Both the position numbers and the translations under genes were made by a program. From the NCBI GenBank assembly GCA_050251055.1, contig JBFWNL010000004.1:288001-352000 (forward strand): a stretch of 64,000 nucleotides of DNA, given 5' to 3'. Of the stretch, positions 42,381-52,497 are shown piece by piece. A model generated the notes under the pieces. The model did not search any database. It was not told the DNA's origin and saw only the letters and a list, made by a program, of their open reading frames with translations. Every line of letters begins with the position of its first letter. Position 1 is the stretch's first letter. Source of the stretch: Bacteriovoracia bacterium (GTDB lineage: Bacteria; Bdellovibrionota; UBA1018; JBFWNL01).

Positions 42381-43124
42381 ATGAAGGGTGTGTCGTCGTT
42401 TTTCTTGGCGATCGTAGCGGTAGTTGGGTCGCTGCAAGTAAGTCCGGTGTACGCAGCGACCTCAGGGTCCAAAGAGGTGGCAGATGGGGACACTCGTCCG
42501 GGAGAAAACCCTTGGCGGGACCGGATGCCGCCGCGAGAGCTTCCACCGAATCCCGAACAGTATCCAGGTTTGCTCAACCCAGATTTTAAGCCTCAGTGTT
42601 CATGGGAAATGGGACGCTATGTTTGTGCGGACTATGCTTATGACTACTGCAAGCAGTTCATTCCCCAAACAAATTGTTTTTACCTGGATGTACGGAGCGC
42701 GCCGCTACCACTATTCTGGCACGCGATTAACTTGATTCGAGTGGATCTCGGCGATGGCAACTATATGTACTGCGCCGTGGAGCCGCAGGACGGGAAGGTG
42801 GTGCCGGGCTCTTGTTTTGTCAAACGCAAAGACTGGAATCCCCGTGGTTTTGATGTTCCGTTTCCGCGCGAGTTTTATCGCGCACTCTGTGAGTATTACG
42901 AAAGCTGGGGCATGGGTTGTTCGTTTCTTCCGAACGTGGAGCCGTACCCGATCGACGAAGTTCCGGGCTGGATGCTTCACCGATGCTGTGGGGGATGGCG
43001 TGACGATTGGGAAGGTTGTGTAGGAATCTGCCCGAAAGAGGAAGTGAAACCTACCCAACCGACTGAACCGGCCACTAAGCCCGGAAGCAAGCCGGAACCG
43101 AACGACCCCCATATCGACCGCTGA
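42381..43124 (+). CDS. Secreted Cys-rich protein, putative papain/transglutaminase-like fold
   Basis: Signal peptide ending in VYA; 12 Cys; YVCADYA...HAINL...AVEPQ. Confidence 0.7.
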   Translation: MKGVSSFFLAIVAVVGSLQVSPVYAATSGSKEVADGDTRPGENPWRDRMPPRELPPNPEQYPGLLNPDFKPQCSWEMGRYVCADYAYDYCKQFIPQTNCFYLDVRSAPLPLFWHAINLIRVDLGDGNYMYCAVEPQDGKVVPGSCFVKRKDWNPRGFDVPFPREFYRALCEYYESWGMGCSFLPNVEPYPIDEVPGWMLHRCCGGWRDDWEGCVGICPKEEVKPTQPTEPATKPGSKPEPNDPHIDR

Positions 43125-43199
43125 GCTGCGCGCTTTCCTTCTGGGCGGTAACCGTCGAAAAAGTTAGGAGCAAAATGACCACGGAAGGTCTAACTTAAT

Positions 43200-44201
43200 T
43201 CAAGGCGTCGTTCGAAAGAGTTCCACGGGAACTTGCGCACGAAAAAGTCGGCTCGGCCGCGCAGGATCGTCGGCGTCTTCTACTAAGAGCAGCTCAAATC
43301 CCTTATCGGTTTCGGTCGCATGCAAACCTTCCAGCTTCACCACGCGATCAAACACGCCAATAGTGATCGCCTCTTTTCCGCGCACCCAAAGGAGCGCGGA
43401 TCCGCCGAGCTCTCCGTCATCGTAGGCATTTTTGGAAGCTTCCGCGGAGGCGACCGACAGGACACCGTACTTCGTCGTTACGGCATCGGCGAAGGCGAGA
43501 GGAATTCCCTTTAGCTCGCCCATTTTCACTTTTTGAAAACTCGGTTTTACTTTCCACTCCCCTTTTTTTAACCCATGCAGCCAGGCGATGAGCGGGAGCT
43601 CGAAATATCCGTTGCGCCCGTCCTGGGAGTTGCCGCGCTGAAAGAGTTGAAGCATGCCGTTTTGGATCGCCAAGCCTTCCAGATTGAGCTCGCCGGCATC
43701 CTTCTCCATGAGCTTGCGCAGAGGATCGATACTGACGACGATAGGTTTGTCCTGCGCGTCTCCGGCGGCGAAGGGGACGACGATCGCTTGTATGCGATTG
43801 GGTTTGGAGGCCGACGGCCAGGCGACGAGCGCGCCATACGGTGGCCATTGGTTTGGCGTGAGCGCGAGGAGGGACTCGAAGTCGGGCTTGGCTTTTTTTC
43901 GGGCTTTTGGATCGGCGGGAAGCTTTCCGGGTAGGAGCGCGTGCGGGGTGACGTATTCGTCCGCGTCCCGGAAGGAGAATAGCGAGAGCTCATCGTCCGC
44001 GATGAGAAACGTTCGATCGCCTACTTTCACTAGGCCGCTGGCGGCGCTTACATGGGAGCCACGGCCTGCTTCCAAGGGAGCCTTTAATTTCAATTCACGA
44101 ACGGGGGTGAGAGGGATCGTCGGGATATCGGGGGAAGAACTCCGCGACCCAGTCCCGGCTATCCCGGTGATGGAAAGTAAAAGGAGGGTGAAAAGCGGCA
44201 T
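43200..44201 (-). CDS. Secreted beta-propeller-like protein (DUF6910/DUF6929-like)
   Basis: ASGL, ADDE, KPDFE, LNLEG, QRGN, AYDDG, KLEGL and DADDP motifs; family recalled, not verified. Confidence 0.6.
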   Translation of the reverse strand: MPLFTLLLLSITGIAGTGSRSSSPDIPTIPLTPVRELKLKAPLEAGRGSHVSAASGLVKVGDRTFLIADDELSLFSFRDADEYVTPHALLPGKLPADPKARKKAKPDFESLLALTPNQWPPYGALVAWPSASKPNRIQAIVVPFAAGDAQDKPIVVSIDPLRKLMEKDAGELNLEGLAIQNGMLQLFQRGNSQDGRNGYFELPLIAWLHGLKKGEWKVKPSFQKVKMGELKGIPLAFADAVTTKYGVLSVASAEASKNAYDDGELGGSALLWVRGKEAITIGVFDRVVKLEGLHATETDKGFELLLVEDADDPARPSRLFRAQVPVELFRTTP

Positions 44202-44264
44202 GTCCTGACTATACCCAAGTCGGGGAGTTGTGTCTTGTGGCCCGGGGTGCTAATCCGGGGTTCC

Positions 44265-46172
44265 ATGAGTTCCTTCGACGTCATTATAATAGGCGGAGGC
44301 CACGCGGGCTGCGAGGCCGCGCATGCTTCCGTGCGCATGGGATGCTCCACGGCGATGGTGACGCTCGATCCGAAGCGCGTGGGCGTGATGTCGTGCAACC
44401 CCGCGATGGGTGGCCTGGCCAAGGGTCAGCTCGTGAAAGAGATTGATGCGCTTGGCGGGATCATGGGTCGCCAGACGGATCAAACCGCGATTCAGTATCG
44501 GCGCCTCAATTCGAGCAAAGGTCCCGCAGTGCGCTCGTCGCGCGCTCAGTGCGATAAGCCTCTCTATGCTAAAAAAATGCAGGAATTTCTTGGGAATTTA
44601 GCGGGTCTTTCGATCGTGGCCGGCGAAGCAACCGAGTTAATGTTCGAAGGCGCGGGAAGTTCGCGGCAGATCGCGGGTGTGCGCTTGAAAGACGGAAGCC
44701 TGCTTCGCGCACGCGCGGTCGTGATCACTTCCGGAACTTTTCTTTCGGCGATCATGCACACGGGAGAAGAAAAAGCGAAGGGCGGAAGGTTGGGGGACGC
44801 GGCTGCTTATGGGCTCAGCACCACCCTCTCTCAATTGGGCTTTCGGTTGCGCCGCCTGAAAACGGGTACTCCCCCGAGGCTTCACAAAGACAGTATCGAT
44901 TTTTCGAAAACCGAACCCCAGGCCGGGGACACGGTTCCGGTCCCCTTTTCCTTTTACCAGAAGCTCAATCCCTTCCCTTCTCTAACTCAAGTAAATTGCT
45001 TTATCACCTACACCAACCAACAAACACATGATATTATTGAGAAAAATATTCATAAATCCCCCATGTTCACCGGGGCGATTACCGGTGTGGGTCCACGCTA
45101 CTGCCCCTCGATTGAAGATAAAGTAAATCGATTTAGTGATAAAGACCGCCACCAGATCTTTCTCGAGCCCGAGGGGCTGGAGGTCAATGAGATCTATGTG
45201 AATGGGATTTCCACGAGTCTTCCCAAAGACACCCAAGAAAAATTCTTACGCACCATCCCAGGACTCGAACAAGCTCAGTTCCTGAAGTACGGGTACGCCG
45301 TCGAATATGACGCGATTGATGCGCGTCAGCTCCAGGCGACCCTCGAATCAAAAGAACATCGGGGCCTTTTCTTGGCCGGCCAAGTCAACGGAACTTCCGG
45401 TTATGAAGAAGCCGGGGCGCAGGGTCTCATCGCCGGGATCAACGCCGCGCTTCTGGTTAAAGAGAAAGACCCTTTCGTCTTGTCGAGACTGGATGCCTAC
45501 ATCGGAGTGATGATCGACGATTTGATCTTGAAGGGCTCGGACGAGCCCTACCGGATGTTCACGTCGCGCGCCGAGTATCGCCTGCTTTTGCGCGAAGACA
45601 ACGCGGACATGCGTCTAAGCCCGAAGGGTCACGCCGTGGGTTTACTGAGCGATGCAGATTTTCGTGTTTTTAGCGAGAAAAAGGCCCAAATTGAGCGATT
45701 GCATGGACAGATGAAAGAAAATTTCGTCTTTCCAACGGCGGAAACCAACGAAAAGCTCAAAACGTGGGAGATTCGCGAGCTCAAAGACCGCGTTTCTTTC
45801 GAGCAAATGCTGAAACGTCCGGAAATGAACTGGGATCGGCTGACCGCCCTCGGATCGAGCTGGGCGAACGCTTACGATCCGGTGGTTTTGGAGCAGGTGG
45901 AGATTCAGCTTCGATACGAAGGCTACATTCAACGCGATCTGGATCTATTGAACGGAGTTCGTAAGAACGAAGAACTTCGCATTCCGAAGGCACTCGATTT
46001 TGCCGAGGTGGCTGGCCTTTCGAATGAAATCAAAGCGCGGTTGGAGCAAGTCAGGCCGGAAACCATCGGGCAGATGTCACGAATCCAGGGCATTACCCCC
46101 GCGGCCGTGGCAAATTTAATGATTTTTCTCAAAATCCGCGAAAAACCACCCCGTTTTGAGGCTTCTCCGTGA
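44265..46172 (+). CDS. mnmG: tRNA uridine-5-carboxymethylaminomethyl modification enzyme
   Basis: [34 protein letters not shown] and [13 protein letters not shown]. Confidence 0.98.
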   Translation: MSSFDVIIIGGGHAGCEAAHASVRMGCSTAMVTLDPKRVGVMSCNPAMGGLAKGQLVKEIDALGGIMGRQTDQTAIQYRRLNSSKGPAVRSSRAQCDKPLYAKKMQEFLGNLAGLSIVAGEATELMFEGAGSSRQIAGVRLKDGSLLRARAVVITSGTFLSAIMHTGEEKAKGGRLGDAAAYGLSTTLSQLGFRLRRLKTGTPPRLHKDSIDFSKTEPQAGDTVPVPFSFYQKLNPFPSLTQVNCFITYTNQQTHDIIEKNIHKSPMFTGAITGVGPRYCPSIEDKVNRFSDKDRHQIFLEPEGLEVNEIYVNGISTSLPKDTQEKFLRTIPGLEQAQFLKYGYAVEYDAIDARQLQATLESKEHRGLFLAGQVNGTSGYEEAGAQGLIAGINAALLVKEKDPFVLSRLDAYIGVMIDDLILKGSDEPYRMFTSRAEYRLLLREDNADMRLSPKGHAVGLLSDADFRVFSEKKAQIERLHGQMKENFVFPTAETNEKLKTWEIRELKDRVSFEQMLKRPEMNWDRLTALGSSWANAYDPVVLEQVEIQLRYEGYIQRDLDLLNGVRKNEELRIPKALDFAEVAGLSNEIKARLEQVRPETIGQMSRIQGITPAAVANLMIFLKIREKPPRFEASP

Positions 46173-46846
46173 GTCCATCGGATTCCGGCGCCCTTTTCCA
46201 GGGTCTATTAGAGAAGAAATGGCCGGACTTAACCCCCATTCAGGTGCAGAAGCTCGTCCAGTTCCGCGAATTGGTTCTCAAAGGAAACGAGACTCAGAAT
46301 CTGACCCGGATTGTAGAACCGATTCCATTTATTGAAGATCACCTTCTGGATGTCGTGGAATGGTTTAAAACGGACCTCAATCCCGGAAAATACGTCGATT
46401 TAGGGTCCGGCGCGGGCATTCCAGGCATCGTCGGGGGGATTTTACGTCCGGATCCCTGGGTTTTAACCGAATCTGAGGGCAAGAAAGCAAACTTCCTTGC
46501 CGCTACGACCGAGGAGTTAGGCCTTACAAACGTCCAAGTCTTCCCTGGTAGAGCGGAAGTCTTCCTGAAAACGGCCCCTTTTAACGATTATACAGTGGTT
46601 TCGCGGGCGGTAGGCTCGGTTTCAAAGATATTTGGGTGGATTTCGGGGTGTTCCACGTGGAACATGCTGGTTTTGTTCAAAGGGCCGAAATGGGACGAAG
46701 AGTGGATGGAGTTTCAAAAAGATCCGGCCAGAAAACGCGGTAAGACTACTCTCAAGCTGATGAGTATCCATAAATACGAAGTGGGTGAGCTAGTACGGCA
46801 GAGAAAGATTATCCATCTGCAGAATGTTCCACGTGGAACAGAGTAG
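46169..46846 (+). CDS. rsmG: 16S rRNA m7G527 methyltransferase
   Basis: [19 protein letters not shown] and KG motifs; follows mnmG. Confidence 0.93.
   Translation: MSPSDSGALFQGLLEKKWPDLTPIQVQKLVQFRELVLKGNETQNLTRIVEPIPFIEDHLLDVVEWFKTDLNPGKYVDLGSGAGIPGIVGGILRPDPWVLTESEGKKANFLAATTEELGLTNVQVFPGRAEVFLKTAPFNDYTVVSRAVGSVSKIFGWISGCSTWNMLVLFKGPKWDEEWMEFQKDPARKRGKTTLKLMSIHKYEVGELVRQRKIIHLQNVPRGTE
46649..46664. promoter_or_regulatory. parS: parS site 1 (within rsmG)
   Basis: Perfect palindrome TGTTCCACGTGGAACA. Confidence 0.95.
46825..46840. promoter_or_regulatory. parS: parS site 2 (within the rsmG 3' end)
   Basis: Perfect palindrome TGTTCCACGTGGAACA. Confidence 0.95.
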
Positions 46847-47169
46847 TCGTAAATACCCACTAGGTATTCATAGGTAACCACGCGCTGCGAAAATCAAAAG
46901 CGTCAAATTTTCGACTCTCAAGTCCTTGATATCATGTGAACCTGCTCAAAACAAAACTGGATAAGCAACGCAGTTTGTCTTGAGATTCCGCTTGATTGAA
47001 ATGAGGTTCATGAGTAGCCTAAATTTGTAGTCGCGTAGGGCGGCGCAAAGTTTCAGATACCCACGCCCAACCACACACAGGATTTGAGGTTTCAAGTACT
47101 CTCCCGGAAGTTTCGGGGGAGTACTCGAGACTAACCAAAAATCAAATCCCGCTAGAAGGAATTCAATTC

Positions 47170-47994
47170 ATGGGAAAAGTGATTGCTGTCACGAACCAGA
47201 AGGGCGGAGTTGGAAAAACGACCACGACCACCAATCTGGCGGCATGTCTTGCGGTCGCCGAAAGAAAAACCCTCGTGATTGATTTCGATCCGCAAGGAAA
47301 TGCTTCCTCCGCGCTCGGAGTGAAACCCATCGAAGGAAAAACAATTTACCACGCGCTTATCGGAGAAATTCCGATGAAAGACGCGATTCAGTCGACGGAG
47401 ATTGACCAGCTTTTCGTCGCTACCGCCGACAATAATCTCACCGGCGCGGAGATCGAACTCGTCGGCGCGTTCGCGCGCGAGTCGAAACTTAAAGCCGCAA
47501 TCGCGCAGATCAAAGATCAATTCGATTTCATCTTGATCGATTCACCGCCGTCGCTCGGTTTGCTCACCGTGAACTCGCTTACGGCGGCGGACAGCTACCT
47601 GGTTCCGCTGCAGACGGAATACTTCGCGCTCGAAGGACTCAGTCAGCTCATTAATACGGTGGGACTCATCAGTCAGAGCGTGAATCCCGGCATCCAACAA
47701 GAAGGCATTGTCCTGACGATGTACGACGGACGCAACAAGCTCGCGCAAGAAGTGGAAACGGAAGTGCGAGCGCATTTCGGCGAGCAGGTTTATCAGACGG
47801 TGATTCCGCGCAACGTTCGCTTGAGCGAATGCTCAAGCTTCGGCAAGCCGATTTTGCTCTACGACATCAACTCGAAGGGCTGCTCGGCCTATCTCAATCT
47901 CGCTAAAGAGTTATTAAATAAGAATCGGCCGAAGATCGCGCCGCCGCCGTTCGTGGTGGAAGCGCCAAATCACGAAGCCCAGCAAATCAGCTAA
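47170..47994 (+). CDS. parA: Chromosome partition ATPase ParA/Soj
   Basis: NQKGGVGKTT, DPQGNAS, DSPPSLG and IPRNVRLSE. Confidence 0.97.
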   Translation: MGKVIAVTNQKGGVGKTTTTTNLAACLAVAERKTLVIDFDPQGNASSALGVKPIEGKTIYHALIGEIPMKDAIQSTEIDQLFVATADNNLTGAEIELVGAFARESKLKAAIAQIKDQFDFILIDSPPSLGLLTVNSLTAADSYLVPLQTEYFALEGLSQLINTVGLISQSVNPGIQQEGIVLTMYDGRNKLAQEVETEVRAHFGEQVYQTVIPRNVRLSECSSFGKPILLYDINSKGCSAYLNLAKELLNKNRPKIAPPPFVVEAPNHEAQQIS

Positions 47995-48006
47995 GGAGTA
48001 CACGGA

Positions 48007-49020
48007 GTGGAACGGAAGTCGGTTTTGGGGAAGGGACTAGCATCATTACTACCTGGGGCAGCCACGAGTACGCAGGTACCTAGCGCACCGTCGAACGCCA
48101 CCGGCACGGGGCCTTCGAATGCGGCGACGACAGGAACCGGGGCCACCGCCGCGGGCGCGCCGAATGTTGTTTTGCCGGAACCCGTGAATAGCGAACGTCA
48201 GATGGGGATCAGCATGATCGCCACCGACGACATTAAAGTGAATAACTACCAACCCCGCCGCGACTTCGACACCGCTGCGCTCAATGAGCTCGCGCAGTCG
48301 ATCAAAGTGAATGGCATCATCCAGCCGCTCGTGGTTCGTCGTACGGCGGAAGGTTATCAACTCATCGCCGGTGAGCGCCGCCTGCGCGCGTCCAAGCTCG
48401 CGGGCCTCAAGCAAGTGCCGATTGTGATCCGTAAGTCGACGGATAAGGAAGCGTTGGAGCTGGCGCTTATTGAAAACATTCAGCGCCAAGACCTGAACTG
48501 TATCGATGAAGCGCTCGCGTACAACCAACTGCTCAACGAGTTCAAGCTCACGCAAGAAGAAGTCGCGCAGCGGGTAGGAAAGGAGCGCGCGACGGTCGCG
48601 AACTCCTTGCGCCTGCTTCGCTTGCCCGAGCAGATCATCGAAGACCTCAAGAAGGGAACTCTATCGCTGGGTCACGGTAAGGCGCTGCTTTCGGTGGAAG
48701 ATAACTCCATCCGCATGGAGATCCGCAATCAGATCATCGAGCGCGGCCTCAGTGTCCGCGACGTCGAGTCTCTCGCCCAGATGATGAAGGCGAAGGTGGA
48801 CGCGACCCCTGAAGATGTGAAGGCCGCTCCGGTAGTGCAAAAGGCCGAGCCCGGCACGGCAGCGGGCCGCTTTCAGCAGCTATCGCTCGACATGACCCGC
48901 AACTGGAATACCCGAGTAGAAGTTAAGGGTACTGGCCGTCGCGGAAAAATCGTCTTTCACTATCGAACCCGGGAAGATCTTGATCGCCTGCTCGAGGCGT
49001 TGCAAAATCAACCGGTATGA
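48007..49020 (+). CDS. parB: Chromosome partition protein ParB
   Basis: LGKGL, QPRR, IAGERRLRA, LIENIQRQDL and an HTH. Confidence 0.97.
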   Translation: MERKSVLGKGLASLLPGAATSTQVPSAPSNATGTGPSNAATTGTGATAAGAPNVVLPEPVNSERQMGISMIATDDIKVNNYQPRRDFDTAALNELAQSIKVNGIIQPLVVRRTAEGYQLIAGERRLRASKLAGLKQVPIVIRKSTDKEALELALIENIQRQDLNCIDEALAYNQLLNEFKLTQEEVAQRVGKERATVANSLRLLRLPEQIIEDLKKGTLSLGHGKALLSVEDNSIRMEIRNQIIERGLSVRDVESLAQMMKAKVDATPEDVKAAPVVQKAEPGTAAGRFQQLSLDMTRNWNTRVEVKGTGRRGKIVFHYRTREDLDRLLEALQNQPV

Positions 49021-49400
49021 CTCAATCGACTGACTTGAGTGTCCCCGTTACCAGCTACTCGGTAACCGGGGTAATTGATCATGGCTGTGAATTCGAGGGA
49101 AAGCTTTGCTTTCAAGGCACCGTTCGGATTAACGGGGTCTTCAAGGGTGAAATCTATACCCCGGATACCTTGGTCATCGGCGAAGATGCCCGGGTGAATG
49201 CCGATATCGAAGCCGGCGTGGTCATCATTAGCGGCGAGGTGAGCGGAAATGTTCGCGCTAAGCACCGGGTTGAAATTCATAAACCGGCGGTGTTTCGGGG
49301 CGACGTGCTGACCCCAAGTCTGAGCGTCGACGAAGGCGTGATCTTCGAAGGCAGCAGCAAGATGGTGCATAGCACTCCGAACCCAAGCGGGCGCGCCTAA
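49017..49400 (+). CDS. Bactofilin (polymer-forming cytoskeletal protein)
   Basis: FEGKL.F.G.VRING...G.I and L.VDEG.IFEG beta-helix pattern. Confidence 0.9.
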   Translation: MTQSTDLSVPVTSYSVTGVIDHGCEFEGKLCFQGTVRINGVFKGEIYTPDTLVIGEDARVNADIEAGVVIISGEVSGNVRAKHRVEIHKPAVFRGDVLTPSLSVDEGVIFEGSSKMVHSTPNPSGRA

Positions 49401-49430
49401 AAATCCCGATAGGAACGCGTTAAAACGCCG

Positions 49431-49459
49431 TTGACCTCGCTTCAGGGGGGTGCTAGCAA
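49431..49459 (+). promoter_or_regulatory. Putative sigma70 promoter of the atpF'...atpC operon
   Basis: TTGACC-N17-TAGCAA with an extended TGn element. Confidence 0.55.
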
Positions 49460-49472
49460 CCGTAGCAACCCT

Positions 49473-49907
49473 ATGCAAATCCTTGAACTGCTTGGACTCA
49501 ACGCTACTTATTTCGTTCAGCTGGGTCTTTTCGTCGTCATCTTTGCGATCCTCTCGCAGGTCTACTTCAAACCCTTCATGAAGCTCTTTGAAGCGCGCCA
49601 TAAGCGCACGGTCGAAGACCGCGAAGCCGCCGAAAAACTACTCGTCCAGGCCCAGGAAAAGATGCAGGCCTACGAACGTTCGCTCGCCGATGCGAAGGCC
49701 GAAGCGCGCAAACAGTACGAAGCCGTTGTCACGCAAGCGCGTCAGGAGGAGTCTTCCATTTACGCGCAAGCGCGCGATGAAGTGAAGAAAATCACCCAGG
49801 AAACGAACGCTGAGCTCGCCAAGCAGCGAGATCAACTGAAGACGGATTTGGAAACCCAGGTCACGCAGTTCGCGACCCAGGTCTCGGAAAGGCTGCTGAG
49901 CAAGTGA
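49473..49907 (+). CDS. ATP synthase F0 subunit b'
   Basis: One TM segment, FKPF...R, then a charged coiled coil. Confidence 0.85.
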   Translation: MQILELLGLNATYFVQLGLFVVIFAILSQVYFKPFMKLFEARHKRTVEDREAAEKLLVQAQEKMQAYERSLADAKAEARKQYEAVVTQARQEESSIYAQARDEVKKITQETNAELAKQRDQLKTDLETQVTQFATQVSERLLSK

Positions 49908-50389
49908 CGTCGCACGTAACTTCATTGATTCTCCCGTTCATCAACCTCTCGTTACTCGTTGCGATTATTTTGTATTTCACGCGCGGGCATCTCAAGACGT
50001 TCGTAAAAAATCGCCATGAGACGCTGCGCGAAGAAATCCAGACCGTGCGCGAACAGCTCAAGGCCGCGACCGAACGCTACGAGCAGTTCTCCGCGAAGCT
50101 CAAAGCCGTGGAGGCCGAAGTGAGCAGCCTCACCACGCAGATGGCGCGCGACGCGCAGGACATGAAGGCGCGCATTGTGACGCACGCCAAGCAAAGCTCC
50201 AGCCAGATGGTGGCGGACGCCCGCGGCGCCGCGCGCGGTGGCCTCGAGGGTTTGAAGCAAGAAGTTCGTTCCGAGTTTGGCTGGCGCGTGATCAGTAAGG
50301 CTGAGGAAATCCTCACCAAAAAACTAACGGGTGACGACCGCGCCCGCATCCGTAAAGAATTCTCGAGCCAGATGGAGCAGATGCGATGA
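49904..50389 (+). CDS. atpF: ATP synthase F0 subunit b
   Basis: INL.LL TM segment then a coiled coil; precedes atpH. Confidence 0.85.
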   Translation: MTSHVTSLILPFINLSLLVAIILYFTRGHLKTFVKNRHETLREEIQTVREQLKAATERYEQFSAKLKAVEAEVSSLTTQMARDAQDMKARIVTHAKQSSSQMVADARGAARGGLEGLKQEVRSEFGWRVISKAEEILTKKLTGDDRARIRKEFSSQMEQMR

Positions 50390-50940
50390 GTGTCGCGACG
50401 ATTTACGCCAAGGCGCTGTACCAAACGCAACGCGAACGTGGCGGCGCGGACTTCCCGAAGATCCAGGGCTCGATCGACGAGCTGGTGAAGACGCTCGAAG
50501 GCTCGCGCGAGCTGCGCAATGCCCTGTTTAGCCCCGCGACCTCCTCGAAGGAAAAGATCGCGCTCATCGACGCTATCGGCAAAAAGGGCGGCTATTCGCC
50601 CGTGCTCACCCAGTTTTTGATTTTGCTCGCCCGCAAGGGCCGTACGGCACTGCTCCCGCAGATCGCGGAAGCGCTCGACGAAGTTCGCCTCGAGATGGAG
50701 GGCGGCATGCTCGGTCACGTCGTTTCGGCCGACCCCCTCGACCCCAAGGAGCTCGAAGGCCTGGCGAAAGCGTTTACCGGTAAGTTTGGCAAGAAGGTGG
50801 AGTTCCGGGTTTCCACGGACCCCAAGCTGCTCGCGGGCTTGAAGGTTTCCGTGAACGGCGTCACCTACGACGGCAGCCTGCGCGCGCAACTGGAGAAGCT
50901 GAAAGACCAGTTCGTGCACGGGAACAACCTAAGTAATTAA
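50386..50940 (+). CDS. atpH: ATP synthase F1 subunit delta
   Basis: YAKAL, DPKLLAG and DGSLRAQL. Confidence 0.93.
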   Translation: MSVATIYAKALYQTQRERGGADFPKIQGSIDELVKTLEGSRELRNALFSPATSSKEKIALIDAIGKKGGYSPVLTQFLILLARKGRTALLPQIAEALDEVRLEMEGGMLGHVVSADPLDPKELEGLAKAFTGKFGKKVEFRVSTDPKLLAGLKVSVNGVTYDGSLRAQLEKLKDQFVHGNNLSN

Positions 50941-50971
50941 TTTTAGTAGTTTGAGTTAACGAGGAGCAAGC

Positions 50972-52480
50972 ATGCAAATACGCGCTGAAGAAATCACCCA
51001 GATCCTGAAATCGCAACTCGCGGATTTCGAAAAGAAGCTCGACGTCTCCGAAACCGGTACCGTCATCACCGTCGGCGACGGCGTGGCGAAAGTCTACGGC
51101 ATGGAAAAGGCCATGGTCGGCGAGCTCGTCGACTTCGGTTCGAACGTGTACGGCATGGTGCTGAACTTGGAAGAAGAGTCCGTCGGTATCGCCGTGCTTG
51201 GTAACGACACCCTCATTAAAGAAGGCAGCTCGGTCAAGCGCACGGGCAAGATCGTGCAGGTTCCGGTCGGTCCCGAGCTCTGCGGCCGCGTCGTGAACGC
51301 GCTCGGCATGCCGATCGATGGTAAGGGCCCGTTGAAGTCCGTGGAATCCCGCCGCGTGGAAGTGAAAGCCCCCGGCATCGTGGATCGCCAATCGGTGAAG
51401 GAACCCCTTCAAACCGGCATCAAGGCGATCGACTCCATGATTCCAATTGGCCGCGGTCAGCGCGAATTGATCATCGGCGACCGCCAAACCGGCAAGACCG
51501 CCGTCGCCCTCGACACCATCATTAACCAAAAAGGCAAAGGCGTTTATTGCATCTACGTCGCCATCGGTCAGAAGCAATCGACCGTCGCGCAGGTCGTGGA
51601 AAAGTTGAAGCAGGAAGGCGCGTTGGAACACACCATCGTCGTCTCCGCCGCCGCCGCCGACTACGCCCCACTTCAATTCTTGGCTCCGTACACCGGCGTC
51701 ACGATGGGTGAGTGGTTCCGCGACAACGGCAAGCATGCGTTGATCGTGTACGACGATCTTACGAAGCAAGCGCAAGCTTACCGCCAGCTCTCGCTTCTGC
51801 TCCGCCGTCCTCCGGGCCGTGAAGCTTACCCGGGCGACGTGTTCTATCTCCATAGCCGCCTGCTCGAGCGCGCCGCTAAGGTTTCCGATAAGCTCGGTGG
51901 CGGATCGCTTACCGCGCTACCGATCATTGAAACGCAAGCCGGCGACGTGTCCGGCTACATTCCGACGAACGTGATTTCGATCACGGACGGCCAGATCTTC
52001 CTTGAATCCGACCTGTTCTTCTCGGGCGTGCGTCCTGCCGTGAACGTCGGTCTCTCGGTTTCCCGCGTCGGTGGTTCGGCGCAGATCAAGACCATGAAGC
52101 AGATCGCCGGTACGCTCCGCCTCGAGCTCGCGCAGTATCGTGAGAAGGCCGCGTTCGCTCAGTTCGGCTCGGATCTCGATGCCGCGACCCAAAAGCAGCT
52201 CGCGCGCGGCGCCCGCCTGGTGGAAATTCTCAAGCAGGGCCAGTACGTGCCGATGGCGGTGGAACGCCAGGTGCTCACGATTTACGCCGCCACTAACGGC
52301 TACATGGATTCCTATCCGACTGATCGCCTGAAGGCTTATGAAGAGCAGCTGAACGCGTTCATGGATAAAAAGCACCCCGCTTTGCTTAAGGGTCTCACGA
52401 CCGAAGGCAAGATCGCCGGTGATTTCAAGAAGAACTTGGACGCAGCGCTCGGTGAATTCAAATCGGTGTTCACGGGTTAA
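50972..52480 (+). CDS. atpA: ATP synthase F1 subunit alpha
   Basis: GDRQTGKT and [24 protein letters not shown]. Confidence 0.99.
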   Translation: MQIRAEEITQILKSQLADFEKKLDVSETGTVITVGDGVAKVYGMEKAMVGELVDFGSNVYGMVLNLEEESVGIAVLGNDTLIKEGSSVKRTGKIVQVPVGPELCGRVVNALGMPIDGKGPLKSVESRRVEVKAPGIVDRQSVKEPLQTGIKAIDSMIPIGRGQRELIIGDRQTGKTAVALDTIINQKGKGVYCIYVAIGQKQSTVAQVVEKLKQEGALEHTIVVSAAAADYAPLQFLAPYTGVTMGEWFRDNGKHALIVYDDLTKQAQAYRQLSLLLRRPPGREAYPGDVFYLHSRLLERAAKVSDKLGGGSLTALPIIETQAGDVSGYIPTNVISITDGQIFLESDLFFSGVRPAVNVGLSVSRVGGSAQIKTMKQIAGTLRLELAQYREKAAFAQFGSDLDAATQKQLARGARLVEILKQGQYVPMAVERQVLTIYAATNGYMDSYPTDRLKAYEEQLNAFMDKKHPALLKGLTTEGKIAGDFKKNLDAALGEFKSVFTG

Positions 52481-52497
52481 GCTAGGTACGGAACCAA

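Noticed and set aside
43219-43233. parS-like AGTTCCACGGGAACT
   Set aside because: One base shorter than the 16-bp site with altered ends, and inside a coding region; likely chance.
39893-44230. Prophage, integron, IS or CRISPR array at the tRNA
   Set aside because: No integrase, transposase, phage genes, attC-like series or regularly spaced repeats seen here or elsewhere in the window.
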